Positions 37,631 to 47,392 of a stretch of DNA of 64,000 bases are shown one piece after another. The translations under genes were made by a program, and so were the position numbers. The notes under the pieces were generated by a model, which did no database searches, was not told the DNA's origin, and saw nothing but the letters and a program-made list of their open reading frames with translations. Source of the DNA: Spirochaetia bacterium (GTDB lineage: Bacteria; Spirochaetota; Spirochaetia; CADAEX01); the NCBI GenBank assembly GCA_024402405.1, contig JAKSTW010000001.1, forward strand, positions 3,734 to 67,733, written 5' to 3'. How positions within the stretch are numbered: the stretch's first letter is position 1; each line of letters opens with the position of its first letter.

Positions 37631-37646
37631 CGTCTCATCCGATTTC

Positions 37647-37675
37647 ATTATATAATCAAATCATATACACATAAA
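37647..37675 (-). promoter_or_regulatory. Promoter TTTATG-17-TATAAT of MFS paralog 2
   Basis: Same layout as 10959..10987. Confidence 0.65.
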
Positions 37676-37775
37676 GTAAGATAAAATACCTATTTCTATG
37701 CTGTCGTCTGCATTATTTCGAAAAAATCCGATTTGAAACAAAACATGAATTTTTTTATCGCTTCCGTCTATCAGC

Positions 37776-38381
37776 TCAGACAGAGGTTCTGCCCAGAAGT
37801 GATCTGGTCAGCGTCATCCTGTCCACATATTCCAGATCGCCGCCTACCGGAAGTCCTGATGCAAGCCTGGTAACCTTCACTTTCATACCGCGGTTCTCAA
37901 TCATCTTCTGGATATACAATGCAGTGGTCTCACCCTCCACGGAGGGATTCAGAGCAAAGATAACTTCTTTGAAATTCCCTTCCTCCAGCCGCTTCAGCAT
38001 AGGAAACACATTCAGCTGTTCCGGCCCTATACCATCTATAGGAGAAAGAAGTCCTTTCAGAACATGGTAATATCCCTCATAAGCTCCTGTACTCTCGATG
38101 ATATCAATATCCTGAGGATTTTCCACAACACACAGCAGATTTCCGTCTCTGGCAGGATTGCCGCAGGTTCCGCACACCTCACTGTCAGTATAAGTGCCAC
38201 AGACAGCACATGAATGAATGGAATCTTTCAGAAGCTTTATATTTCCAGCCAATGTATCGGAAAAATTCTTATCAGCATTCAGAAGATAATATACAATCCG
38301 AGATGCGCTTTTTCTTCCGATGCCAGGCAGGGACGAAAAATTCTTTATCAGCACATCTATCACTGTCTCAGAGGTTTTCAT
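37776..38381 (-). CDS. recR: Recombination protein RecR
   Basis: LPGIGRKSA, C4 zinc finger, VEGETTA, GGDLEYVD. Confidence 0.95.
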   Translation of the reverse strand: MKTSETVIDVLIKNFSSLPGIGRKSASRIVYYLLNADKNFSDTLAGNIKLLKDSIHSCAVCGTYTDSEVCGTCGNPARDGNLLCVVENPQDIDIIESTGAYEGYYHVLKGLLSPIDGIGPEQLNVFPMLKRLEEGNFKEVIFALNPSVEGETTALYIQKMIENRGMKVKVTRLASGLPVGGDLEYVDRMTLTRSLLGRTSV

Positions 38382-38699
38382 TCAGGCTCCGAAAAATCCA
38401 GGAGGAAGTCCGCCCATTTTGGATGATAACTCTTCATTCATCCTGGCCTTGATCTTTTCATAGGCATCAGCACAGGCAGCCTTCACCAGCTCCTCAACCA
38501 TGGACGGATCAGCCGGATCCACCGCATCAGGAGAAATTTTCACCCCTATGATCTGCATCTTGCCGTTCATATCAACCCGAACCATGTCTCCTCCTGCAAA
38601 TCCACTTGCAGAAAGATTCTCCACAGCTCTCTTCATCTCCTCCATCCTGGCCTGAATACCAGAAGCATTGCGCAATATTTCCATAGGATCAAAATTCAT
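38382..38699 (-). CDS. YbaB/EbfC nucleoid-associated protein
   Basis: AGGDMVRV, position between dnaX and recR. Confidence 0.92.
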   Translation of the reverse strand: MNFDPMEILRNASGIQARMEEMKRAVENLSASGFAGGDMVRVDMNGKMQIIGVKISPDAVDPADPSMVEELVKAACADAYEKIKARMNEELSSKMGGLPPGFFGA

Positions 38700-40291
38700 T
38701 ATCTCACCCTTTTCTTTTCTACTATCTCACCTTTAAAAATTTTCTGCACCATCTCAACACGGGAATCCATCTCAGCAGATACATTATCCTCGATCTGACT
38801 TTTTTTCTGCAGTGGCTTTATCTCCACTCTGTAATCCTTGCCTGAGATATTATGCACCTCAGAAGTCAGCCACTGGATGTTTTCCCTGAGCTTTGAGATA
38901 AACAGACTGTCCTCACACGGAATATAGATCATACCGCCGTCTTCCTGCCAGTCAAAAGTCTTGCCCAGCGCAGAAAGCAGCATAATGTTATTTCCATTCT
39001 TTTTCACAGATTCTATAACTGCATCCCGCAGAGATGCCATATCCATAGCTGCAGCAGATGATTTTTCCATGGAAGATCTGTCTGGCTGAACCTCTTCAAC
39101 CTCCGGTACCGCAGCATCAGAATTGTCCGCTCCATTATCCTGCACCGGAATAAAACCAGCCTTCAGTTTCTGTATTTTATCCAGCAGCTCCTGCCGAGAG
39201 ATAAAATTCTTCATGCCGGCAAGGCGTGTCACCAGCAGTTCCAGTTCAAACCGCTGGGAAATGGAATAACGCATATCACGGTACAGCTGCAAAGTCAGTG
39301 CCAGTGCCTGCTCCAGCTGGAAGACAGAAAAAGCATCAACCACTTTATTGGAAAAACTGCCGGCAGAATACCCCAGGACAGTCTCTTTTGTCACACTGTT
39401 CTTTATCAGCAGAACATTTCTGAGATACTCAGTCAGCTCAGTGACAAACTGTTCGGCAGCCACTCCGCTGCCAATAATGCCATCAAGTATTTCCAGAGCC
39501 TTGTTTCCGTCCATATCGGCAAAACATTCAGCCAGCTCATTGATCTTGTCAAAACCAGCCAGTCCCATCTTTTCTTTTATCAGATCAAGGGTCATAGGGT
39601 CATCGCCTGCGAATGCAGCAACTTTGTCAAAAAGTGTGTATGCATCCCGCAGAGAACCGGTGGCTTCCTTTGCAACCCAGAAAAGCACATCGTCATCAGC
39701 CTTTATGCCATTCTTATCACAGACATTTCTAAGAAGATCCCTTATCACATCTGTATGGATAAGTCTGAAATTAAAATGCTGGCATCTGGATCTGATAGTG
39801 GCAGGAACCTTGTGCACCTCGGTAGTGGCAAAAATAAAGACGATATACGGAGGCGGCTCCTCGATAGTCTTCAGCAGAGCATTGAATGCACTGTTGGAGA
39901 GCATATGAACTTCATCTATGATATATACTTTGTATTTAGAATTGACCGGAGCAAAGAGAACCTCATCCTTTATCTGCCTGACATCGTTGACAGATGTATT
40001 GGAAGCACCGTCGATCTCGATGACATCCATGGAAGATCCCTGGGCGATCTCACGGCAGCTGGAACACTGGCAGCATGGATTCCCATCTTTCCGATCCTGG
40101 CAGTTTATGGCTCTGGCCAGAATTCTGGCGGCAGAAGTCTTTCCCACTCCTCTTGGTCCTGAGAACAGATAAGCATGGGCGATCTTGCCAGACTCCACTG
40201 ATTTCTTAAGGCTTGTGGCGACAAAATCCTGTCCTGCAAGCTGGTCAAAGACAGCGGGTCTCATTTTTGTAGCTGTAACAGTATACGACAT
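38699..40291 (-). CDS. dnaX: DNA polymerase III subunit gamma/tau
   Basis: GPRGVGKT, EIDGAS, IIDEVHML, TIRSRC. Confidence 0.95.
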   Translation of the reverse strand: MSYTVTATKMRPAVFDQLAGQDFVATSLKKSVESGKIAHAYLFSGPRGVGKTSAARILARAINCQDRKDGNPCCQCSSCREIAQGSSMDVIEIDGASNTSVNDVRQIKDEVLFAPVNSKYKVYIIDEVHMLSNSAFNALLKTIEEPPPYIVFIFATTEVHKVPATIRSRCQHFNFRLIHTDVIRDLLRNVCDKNGIKADDDVLFWVAKEATGSLRDAYTLFDKVAAFAGDDPMTLDLIKEKMGLAGFDKINELAECFADMDGNKALEILDGIIGSGVAAEQFVTELTEYLRNVLLIKNSVTKETVLGYSAGSFSNKVVDAFSVFQLEQALALTLQLYRDMRYSISQRFELELLVTRLAGMKNFISRQELLDKIQKLKAGFIPVQDNGADNSDAAVPEVEEVQPDRSSMEKSSAAAMDMASLRDAVIESVKKNGNNIMLLSALGKTFDWQEDGGMIYIPCEDSLFISKLRENIQWLTSEVHNISGKDYRVEIKPLQKKSQIEDNVSAEMDSRVEMVQKIFKGEIVEKKRVR

Positions 40292-40330
40292 CAAATCCAG
40301 TTTATTTCAATTAAGGGTATAAGTCAATTG

Positions 40331-40780
40331 TCAGCCAAAGAATCGGTCAGGCGCGGCTTCATTCAGCTTCTTTGAGTCATTTGAAACATACATGGTTGAC
40401 ATACCGCGGCACAGAAGACGTCCGTTTTCATCAGAGATCTCAACTTCCATTACAGCCATGCGCCGACTGTGCGATACCGCGTGGGCTACGGCAGTGATTT
40501 TGCCTTCTGTTGCCGCCGCAAGGAATGACACATTGGAGGACAGAGTGACGCAATGGCTTCCATATGCGAAAAAGGCGCAGGCAGCTGAAATATCCACAAG
40601 TCCGAAAAATACGGCTCCATGCACAGTTCCCATAAAATTAAGATGTTCTTTTGTGACATCAACTTCCGCCACAGCATAGCCTGGTTTCATCTCAACAATG
40701 CGAAGCCCGTTAATTTTTGTAAATCCGTCAGTTTTATTGAAATATTCGATGAATTTTGAATAGTTCCGATCCTGTTCCAT
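40331..40780 (-). CDS. PaaI family thioesterase
   Basis: HLNFMGTVHGAVFFGLVD hot-dog fold motif. Confidence 0.9.
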   Translation of the reverse strand: MEQDRNYSKFIEYFNKTDGFTKINGLRIVEMKPGYAVAEVDVTKEHLNFMGTVHGAVFFGLVDISAACAFFAYGSHCVTLSSNVSFLAAATEGKITAVAHAVSHSRRMAVMEVEISDENGRLLCRGMSTMYVSNDSKKLNEAAPDRFFG

Positions 40781-40811
40781 TAAATATCCCTTTCATTCAT
40801 GGATAAAAAAA

Positions 40812-40908
40812 CAGCCAAGCGAACTGAGTCACATTACCTATCGCTTACCGCTGCTACCTTCCGATCCTGACGGGGTTGGGCGAAGATGAATTGCTCAGAG
40901 CCTGGCTG
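40812..40908 (-). ncRNA. ffs: Small SRP RNA (4.5S)
   Basis: CCCGTCAGGATCGGAAGGTAGCAGCGG domain IV core; CAGCCA/TGGCTG closing stem followed by a T tract; typical position upstream of dnaX. Confidence 0.9.
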
Positions 40909-40911
40909 AAA

Positions 40912-40996
40912 CGGAGAGAAAGGGATTCGAACCCTTGGTACCTTTCGATACGCAACCTTTCCAAGATTGTACCTTAAACCGCTCGGACATCTCTCC
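40912..40996 (-). tRNA. tRNA-Ser(GGA)
   Basis: GGAGAGA/TCTCTCC acceptor, anticodon loop TT-GGA-AA, long variable arm. Confidence 0.95.
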
Positions 40997-41067
40997 AAGG
41001 TTCTACTAGAATATCCTTAAAATAAGCAAATTGTCAAGACTTACAATTTATGTTATCCTAGACCATT

Positions 41068-42225
41068 ATGAAATACAGCTGGTCAAAACTTATTATTTAT
41101 TTTCTGCTTATATTATGTGCCATACCTGCATTTTCAATGGAAAAAGTAATTGAGATAACAAAGGGTTCAACCGCAGTGGATCTCCTCAAAGAAATCGGAG
41201 TTCCAGGTGGCGAGGCCTATGATGCGATAGAGGCACTTTCAACATATTATGACTCACGGCGATTCAGAGCCGGACAGGAACTGACGATCACCATGGAAGA
41301 AAATCAGATTCCGGTACTGAAAAAAATTGAATTTCAGCATTCATTTGATGAAAAGCTGACAGTTATCTACAACGGATATAATTTCGAGGCCAATATAGAG
41401 AAACTGGAATTCAAGCTCGCCTACAGGGCAGCATCCGGCATCATAGACAGCAATCCTTATCTGGCAATGAAAAAGGCGGACATGCCTGACTCAGTGATAA
41501 TGGAAATTTTCAGATGCTTTGCCTCTGCCGTGGATTTTTCCAGAGATATAAGGGAAGGCGATTCTTTCAAAGTGCTTTATGAGATGTATACCGATGATGA
41601 CGGCGAGGATGTGAAAGGTGGTCCTGTGGTCTTTGTGGAGCTGATGCTTTCCGGGAAACCGATGCAGCTATATGGCTTTGTCAACAATGCAGGTTTCTAT
41701 GATTATTATGACAATGATGGAAAAAGTGTCAGAAAAGCATTGATAAAAACACCGATCGACAACTACATCATAACTTCCAGATTCGGTATGAGGGAAGATC
41801 CTATACTGGGATATAATAAAAGCCATACAGGCATTGATTTCGCCGCACCTAAAAATACACCGATAGTTGCAGCAGGCAATGGTGTGGTGGAGAAAGCTTC
41901 CTGGAATGGCGGTTACGGCAACTGCATAATAATACGGCATACCAATGGATATAAGACACTTTACGGCCATCTGAATGATTATGCCAGAGGGATCACACCA
42001 GGAGCCAGAGTGACCCAGGGGCAGGTCATAGGATATGTAGGAACAACAGGACATTCTACCGGCTACCATCTGCATTATGAGGTCATCATAAACGGTAAGA
42101 AAGTCAATCCGGCAACAGTAAAATCACCTCCTGAAAAAAATCTCACAGAAAAAGAGCTTCTGCGATTCTTCACCAGAAGGGATGAGATAATCAAGGAATT
42201 CCAGCACTTGCAAACCACGGATTAA
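41068..42225 (+). CDS. M23 family murein DD-endopeptidase (MepM-like)
   Basis: Signal peptide, HTGIDF, YGHL, HSTGYHLHYEV. Confidence 0.93.
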   Translation: MKYSWSKLIIYFLLILCAIPAFSMEKVIEITKGSTAVDLLKEIGVPGGEAYDAIEALSTYYDSRRFRAGQELTITMEENQIPVLKKIEFQHSFDEKLTVIYNGYNFEANIEKLEFKLAYRAASGIIDSNPYLAMKKADMPDSVIMEIFRCFASAVDFSRDIREGDSFKVLYEMYTDDDGEDVKGGPVVFVELMLSGKPMQLYGFVNNAGFYDYYDNDGKSVRKALIKTPIDNYIITSRFGMREDPILGYNKSHTGIDFAAPKNTPIVAAGNGVVEKASWNGGYGNCIIIRHTNGYKTLYGHLNDYARGITPGARVTQGQVIGYVGTTGHSTGYHLHYEVIINGKKVNPATVKSPPEKNLTEKELLRFFTRRDEIIKEFQHLQTTD

Positions 42226-42247
42226 CCCGTTATATTCAGAGAAGAGG

Positions 42248-42466
42248 ATGAATATGTCAATTGCATTTTTGAAATTTGGAGCAGGATGTGTATTGCTTTG
42301 CCTGGCCTTCCTGCTTTTTCTCATGGAATTCAAGGCTTTTCCGCATAACCCAAGAAACCCGCAGTTCTGGGATGATTTTCATGCAAAGCACATAAGGCAG
42401 ATCAGACTTGGAGGGCGAATGTGCCTGCTGCTGGGACTGACCTTTATGCTTTATGCATTCAGATGA
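42248..42466 (+). CDS. Small two-TM hypothetical protein
   Basis: Exactly fills the gap; GAGG upstream; two hydrophobic segments. Confidence 0.55.
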   Translation: MNMSIAFLKFGAGCVLLCLAFLLFLMEFKAFPHNPRNPQFWDDFHAKHIRQIRLGGRMCLLLGLTFMLYAFR

Positions 42467-44554
42467 TCACCACTGGCTGATCCTGTCAAAACCTGTATAA
42501 TTGGTGAGGAATTTAAGGATCCTGCCTGTCTCAAAACGGATCATGACCATAGGCTCATTTTCCTGCATCCAGCTCTTTATCACGATCCCTGCGCCATAGT
42601 CATCATGATAGAGACATTCTCCCACATGGTACGGCAGCTGACAGCTTACAGTTTTATTCATCGAAGCCCCATCTGCCTTCACCAGATCCTCCGGTATCTC
42701 CTTCAGAAATCGTGATGGTGTGCAGAACTGGCTTCGACCCCATATCATCCGCCGGCTACAGCATGTAAGGTACAGTTCATCCCTGGCCCTGGTGATGCTG
42801 ACATAAAAGATGCGTCGCTCTTCCTCGACCTCTTCCTTATCCTCTCCTCCCCGCCCGGGAAAAAGTTCGTCCTCCAGTCCGGTAACTATGACACGGTCAA
42901 ATTCCAGTCCCTTAGTGTTGTGCATTGTTATAAAAACAACACGGCTGTCATTCTCATCAGTCTCTTTGGCGGCAGAGCTATCCAGTTCTATGTTCTCCAG
43001 AAATGCAGCGATTCCACCTCTGGTGCATGGCATATCCTTACCGCCATTGGACAGTTCTTTTATATTATCCACTTTATATGTATCTGCGGTCAGATCTTCC
43101 TGATGGAAGAAATCCCCCAGGCCGGATCTTGAAGATATGGCCTCAATAAAATCAGCAAGAGTTTTCTCCTCATTGTCCAACTCAGATACGATCTCACGAT
43201 AAATCGTACGGAACTCTTCCATACCTGCATGACTTTTTCCTTTCGCTGTACTCATCACAGCATCCAGCCGCTCAAGGAAATCAGCACCATCAGCCGCTGA
43301 TATCTTCTCCAAAGCAGCTTTTCCTATTCCTCTTGCAGGCTTGTTGATGATCCGCATGAATGCTATCTCATCCTTAGGATTCATTATGAAACACAGCCAG
43401 GCCAGAATATCCTTCACTTCTTCACGCTCATAAAATCTCAGGGAACCGACAATGCGGTACGGAATGTTATGTCTGGTGAAAACGGTCTCAAAAGTATGGG
43501 ACTGCGCATTTGTCCTATAAAGAATAGCAGTTTCCATATCGTCTTTCTGTACAAGTCTGGCACAGAACTCAGCCTCATCCTCTGCAGTATTAAAAACATG
43601 CAGCTCCGGTTTCTTTCCACCTTTTCTGGAAGTCCACAGCTTTTTTCCCAGCCGTCCTTCATTGTTATCCACCACAGCACCGGCAATATCCAGAATAGGA
43701 GATGTGGAACGGTAATTCTCCTCCAGCCGGATGACTCTGGTGTTGGCGAAATATTCAGGAAATCCGATTATATTTTTGACCTCAGCTCCACGGAACTTAT
43801 AAATAGACTGGTCATCATCACCTACCACCGTAAGCCCTCTGCCGTCTCCTGCCAGCAGTTTCAACAGCTCAAACTGGGCAATATTGGAATCCTGATACTC
43901 ATCCACAAGAATAATACTGAACCGTCTGGCCAGCCTTTCACGGATATCGGAATTCTCACGCAGCAGCACCACAGGCCGAAGGATCAGATCTCCGAAATCC
44001 ACATTGCCTATCTCAGACAGTCTGTTCTGATAATCCTTATATACAGAACTCAGCTCAGGATCATATGAAACAATGTCCAGATCATCCTCGGGAAGAAGAC
44101 AGTAATCCTTTGCCCGGCTGATAAGATTGGCATACATTCTTATATTATCTTTCAATGTCCCACGGCAGACAGACTTCAGCAGTGACTGCATATCTGAATC
44201 ATCATAAATGGTAAAATCAGGAGAAAGACCGGCAAATTCGGCATTTCTCCTCAGCAGCCAGGCTCCAAAAGAATGAAATGTCCTTATCATAGGCATATCA
44301 TGTGAATTCATATCACCAGAATACCCCAGAAAATCTGCCACTCTCTGACGCATTTCCCCGGCAGCTTTATTGGTGAATGTCACAGCCAGGATAGAATATG
44401 GTGATATGCCGCATTCCTGAATAAGATATGCTATTTTAGATGTGATGACCCTGGTTTTTCCTGAGCCTGCACCGGCCAGAATAAGAAGAGGCTGTCCCTG
44501 GCTTATGACAGCCTCATACTGAACAGAATTAAGCTTCTGAAGATAATCCTGCAT
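42467..44554 (-). CDS. UvrD/PcrA family DNA helicase
   Basis: AGAGSGKT, VDEYQD, GDDDQSIYKFRGA, NYRST, HNTKGLEF, EERRIFYVSITRA. Confidence 0.95.
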   Translation of the reverse strand: MQDYLQKLNSVQYEAVISQGQPLLILAGAGSGKTRVITSKIAYLIQECGISPYSILAVTFTNKAAGEMRQRVADFLGYSGDMNSHDMPMIRTFHSFGAWLLRRNAEFAGLSPDFTIYDDSDMQSLLKSVCRGTLKDNIRMYANLISRAKDYCLLPEDDLDIVSYDPELSSVYKDYQNRLSEIGNVDFGDLILRPVVLLRENSDIRERLARRFSIILVDEYQDSNIAQFELLKLLAGDGRGLTVVGDDDQSIYKFRGAEVKNIIGFPEYFANTRVIRLEENYRSTSPILDIAGAVVDNNEGRLGKKLWTSRKGGKKPELHVFNTAEDEAEFCARLVQKDDMETAILYRTNAQSHTFETVFTRHNIPYRIVGSLRFYEREEVKDILAWLCFIMNPKDEIAFMRIINKPARGIGKAALEKISAADGADFLERLDAVMSTAKGKSHAGMEEFRTIYREIVSELDNEEKTLADFIEAISSRSGLGDFFHQEDLTADTYKVDNIKELSNGGKDMPCTRGGIAAFLENIELDSSAAKETDENDSRVVFITMHNTKGLEFDRVIVTGLEDELFPGRGGEDKEEVEEERRIFYVSITRARDELYLTCCSRRMIWGRSQFCTPSRFLKEIPEDLVKADGASMNKTVSCQLPYHVGECLYHDDYGAGIVIKSWMQENEPMVMIRFETGRILKFLTNYTGFDRISQW

Positions 44555-45875
44555 AAGCAGCTTCCAGGTCCATATTATTGCGCCTGATCACTCTGGCAGC
44601 AACCACAGCACCAGGCTTGATCTTTTCTCTGTTCACCCCGTCAAAATGGAGTATCACTGCACCATCCACCTCCGGAGCATTCATATAACTGCGCCCCAGA
44701 GCAATATCTTCCTCCGGAATCAGCTCTTCTATAAGGACTTCGATCTTTTTGCCCACAAAGCGTTCCAGCTGTTTTTCTGTGACTGATGTCTGAAGAGTCT
44801 CAGCCATTTCCTTCCGTTTTCCGGCAACAGCAATAGTAACACGCCCTTTCAGACTGGCAGCCTTTGTTCCCTCTTCTTTTGAATATGTGAAGAATCCGCA
44901 CCAATCCAATGCTGCCTCTTTCAGAAATTCCATAAGGCAGTCAAAATCATCTTCCTTCTCACCTGTGAATCCAAGCATTATTGTCGAACGGATAACACTG
45001 TCAGGCAGAGCATCCCGGATAGTTCTTACAATCTCAAGATACTTTTCCTTATTTCCCCGGCGTCCCATAGCTGCCAGAATTTTTTCAGAAGCATGTTGGA
45101 ATGGAATGTCAAAATACGGAATCAACCGCTTATCATTCCTGAATATCTCAAGCAGCGAAGGATCAAATTTATCAGGGTGCATATACAGCAGTCTGATACG
45201 GAAATTGCCTTCGATCTTCAGGATCTCCTGCAGCAATGACTTCAGATCTGTTCCAATGTCTGAGCCATAGGAAGCCTGATCCTGAGATACCAGATTTATC
45301 TCGAAGAAACCCCGGTCAACCAGTGATCTAACTTCCTGCAGGATAACTTTAGGAGGAACACTTCTCAGCGGACCGCGGATGATCGGGATAGCACAATATG
45401 TACAGTTGTTGCAGCATCCTTCAGCTATTTTCACATAGGCACTTCCAGGAAAATTATAGAAATGTGTCCTCTCTACAAAACGGTCAGGAGAAGACTTTTT
45501 AGGAGAGACCAGCCTTGTTGTTTTTGCAACTATTTTTTCAACAGCATCAGGAACCGCATAAATATCTCTGTTTCCTATAAAGCCGTCAGCCTCAGAAAGC
45601 TCCTCAGCCAATTCATTTCCATAGCGCTGGGCCAGACATCCTGCTGCAATTATGATTTTATCAGGATAACTGTTCCGACAGGATAAGATCGTCTGGATCG
45701 ATTCTTCTTTAGCATCATTAATAAAACCACAGGTATTTATGATAAGAACTTCAGCGGAATCAGCATCAGAATACCGCCATCCTTTTTTTTCCATAAGTGC
45801 TATTATAGTCTCTGCATCAACCTGATTTTTAGAGCACCCCAGGTTCTCAATATAAAAAGTTTTTTTCAATTGCAA
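44529..45875 (-). CDS. rimO: Ribosomal protein S12 methylthiotransferase
   Basis: LGCSKNQVDAE, INTCGFI, GCCNNCTYC, APEVDG. Confidence 0.93.
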   Translation of the reverse strand: MQLKKTFYIENLGCSKNQVDAETIIALMEKKGWRYSDADSAEVLIINTCGFINDAKEESIQTILSCRNSYPDKIIIAAGCLAQRYGNELAEELSEADGFIGNRDIYAVPDAVEKIVAKTTRLVSPKKSSPDRFVERTHFYNFPGSAYVKIAEGCCNNCTYCAIPIIRGPLRSVPPKVILQEVRSLVDRGFFEINLVSQDQASYGSDIGTDLKSLLQEILKIEGNFRIRLLYMHPDKFDPSLLEIFRNDKRLIPYFDIPFQHASEKILAAMGRRGNKEKYLEIVRTIRDALPDSVIRSTIMLGFTGEKEDDFDCLMEFLKEAALDWCGFFTYSKEEGTKAASLKGRVTIAVAGKRKEMAETLQTSVTEKQLERFVGKKIEVLIEELIPEEDIALGRSYMNAPEVDGAVILHFDGVNREKIKPGAVVAARVIRRNNMDLEAAYAGLSSEA

Positions 45876-45881
45876 TCTTCC

Positions 45882-46709
45882 TTAATCCATGGCAACAACA
45901 ACCATGTTGAATTTTCCGTCAGCAGATTTTTCCCACTGGATCCTATCAGATGAGACAACACCTCTGTCCCCGAAAAATATCTCATGCCCGGAGACCACAC
46001 CTTTCAGAGCCCCGGCATTGGACATCCACACCCTTACTTCATTGTAAGCTTCCAGTCTCAGATGATCTCCCTTCTGAAAATACTTCTCGACCCGTTCTGC
46101 ATTATCGATCTTATAGCGGAAAAAACAGTATCCGCTGAACTCGATATTCACAGCAAAGTGCTTTTTCACAGGAGAAGAAAACAGAACCATCCTGTCAATG
46201 GCTTCTGATACGCTTTCCGGACTCGGAATATTCTCATAACTCTGTTCAGGCTCAGCAATCTGAACCGTCTCTTCTGTAACTAATGGTTTATTTTCTGCTT
46301 TTGATTCAACATTTTCAGATCTTGATGAAGAAAACAATGGGATCAAAGTCCAGATCAGCACAGCAACAAAAACGATCAGCAGAACAGGAATCGTCAGTTT
46401 TCTGTATTTTCCAGTTTTTTTTACAGCTACAGGATTTCCTGTATCGGCTTTCTGCTGCTTATACTGTTCCAGATCCCGGAATCTTATGCTTTTATAAATT
46501 TTTATTATCTCGCTGTTATCCAGTCCGTAATATCGGGACAGATTATTAAGGAATCCCACACAATAGGCATCCCCAGGAAACTCATCAAAATGTTCCAGCT
46601 CAACAGCCTGAATATATTCCTTTGAAATATGAGTTTCCGCAGATACCTGTTCCAGGGTATACCCTTTTTTATCCCTGGCCTGACTGAAAATAACACCTAA
46701 AGAATCCAT
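45882..46709 (-). CDS. RodZ-like HTH-TM-DUF4115 protein
   Basis: N-terminal XRE-like HTH (ETHISKEYIQAVE..F..FPG), single TM, SNAGAL. Confidence 0.8.
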   Translation of the reverse strand: MDSLGVIFSQARDKKGYTLEQVSAETHISKEYIQAVELEHFDEFPGDAYCVGFLNNLSRYYGLDNSEIIKIYKSIRFRDLEQYKQQKADTGNPVAVKKTGKYRKLTIPVLLIVFVAVLIWTLIPLFSSSRSENVESKAENKPLVTEETVQIAEPEQSYENIPSPESVSEAIDRMVLFSSPVKKHFAVNIEFSGYCFFRYKIDNAERVEKYFQKGDHLRLEAYNEVRVWMSNAGALKGVVSGHEIFFGDRGVVSSDRIQWEKSADGKFNMVVVAMD

Positions 46710-46718
46710 ATGAAGATC

Positions 46719-47378
46719 CTATTCCGCATCAAAAAGGAAATTCTCAAATATATTTGCAGTGGCAGGTGCATCATAATCGAATCTTGTGTCAGGAATATTC
46801 TGGTTCAATTTTATATTCTTAAAATCAAACTTTATCTCCTGATATCCGGAAGTAATTCCCACCATTCTGCGAATAAGATTATTTTCTCCGATCGACATCT
46901 CGATCTGTCTGAATCCCTCGTCAGAAGAGCGCCATACGAACTTAAGTTTTTTCACCATTTCTGAACTGCCCTCATCAAGAGGAACAAAATCAGGAGTTTT
47001 CAGATAAGCGACCGTATAATTTCTTTTAAGAAGCTGCAGTCCATCTTTAGTTGCCAGAGAAACGCCTCTTTTCTTCAGCTTCTGTGACATGGTGACCCGG
47101 TATTTAGGGATATATATCGTAAGTTTCTCCTTGTCGACCACAAGCACCTGTTCAGCAGGTCTGGAAAAATTTATCCGGAGCAGATTCGGATTCTTATAAT
47201 ACATAACACCAGTCATAACTTCACTGTCTCTGGTTATTGTGACATTTGCCTCATAATCAGTTATGCTTCCATAATACGATGAAATCTTATTCAAATAATC
47301 CTGGGCGGTGACAATCTGAGCAAAAGATGCAACAGCCGGAAAAACGATCAACAGAATAATAAATTTAAAAATTCTCAT
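46719..47378 (-). CDS. LolA-like lipoprotein carrier protein
   Basis: Signal peptide, YKNPNLLRINFSRPAEQVLV, F.NIKLNQNIP..RF. Confidence 0.8.
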   Translation of the reverse strand: MRIFKFIILLIVFPAVASFAQIVTAQDYLNKISSYYGSITDYEANVTITRDSEVMTGVMYYKNPNLLRINFSRPAEQVLVVDKEKLTIYIPKYRVTMSQKLKKRGVSLATKDGLQLLKRNYTVAYLKTPDFVPLDEGSSEMVKKLKFVWRSSDEGFRQIEMSIGENNLIRRMVGITSGYQEIKFDFKNIKLNQNIPDTRFDYDAPATANIFENFLFDAE

Positions 47379-47392
47379 TTCTTTCAGTTTAT

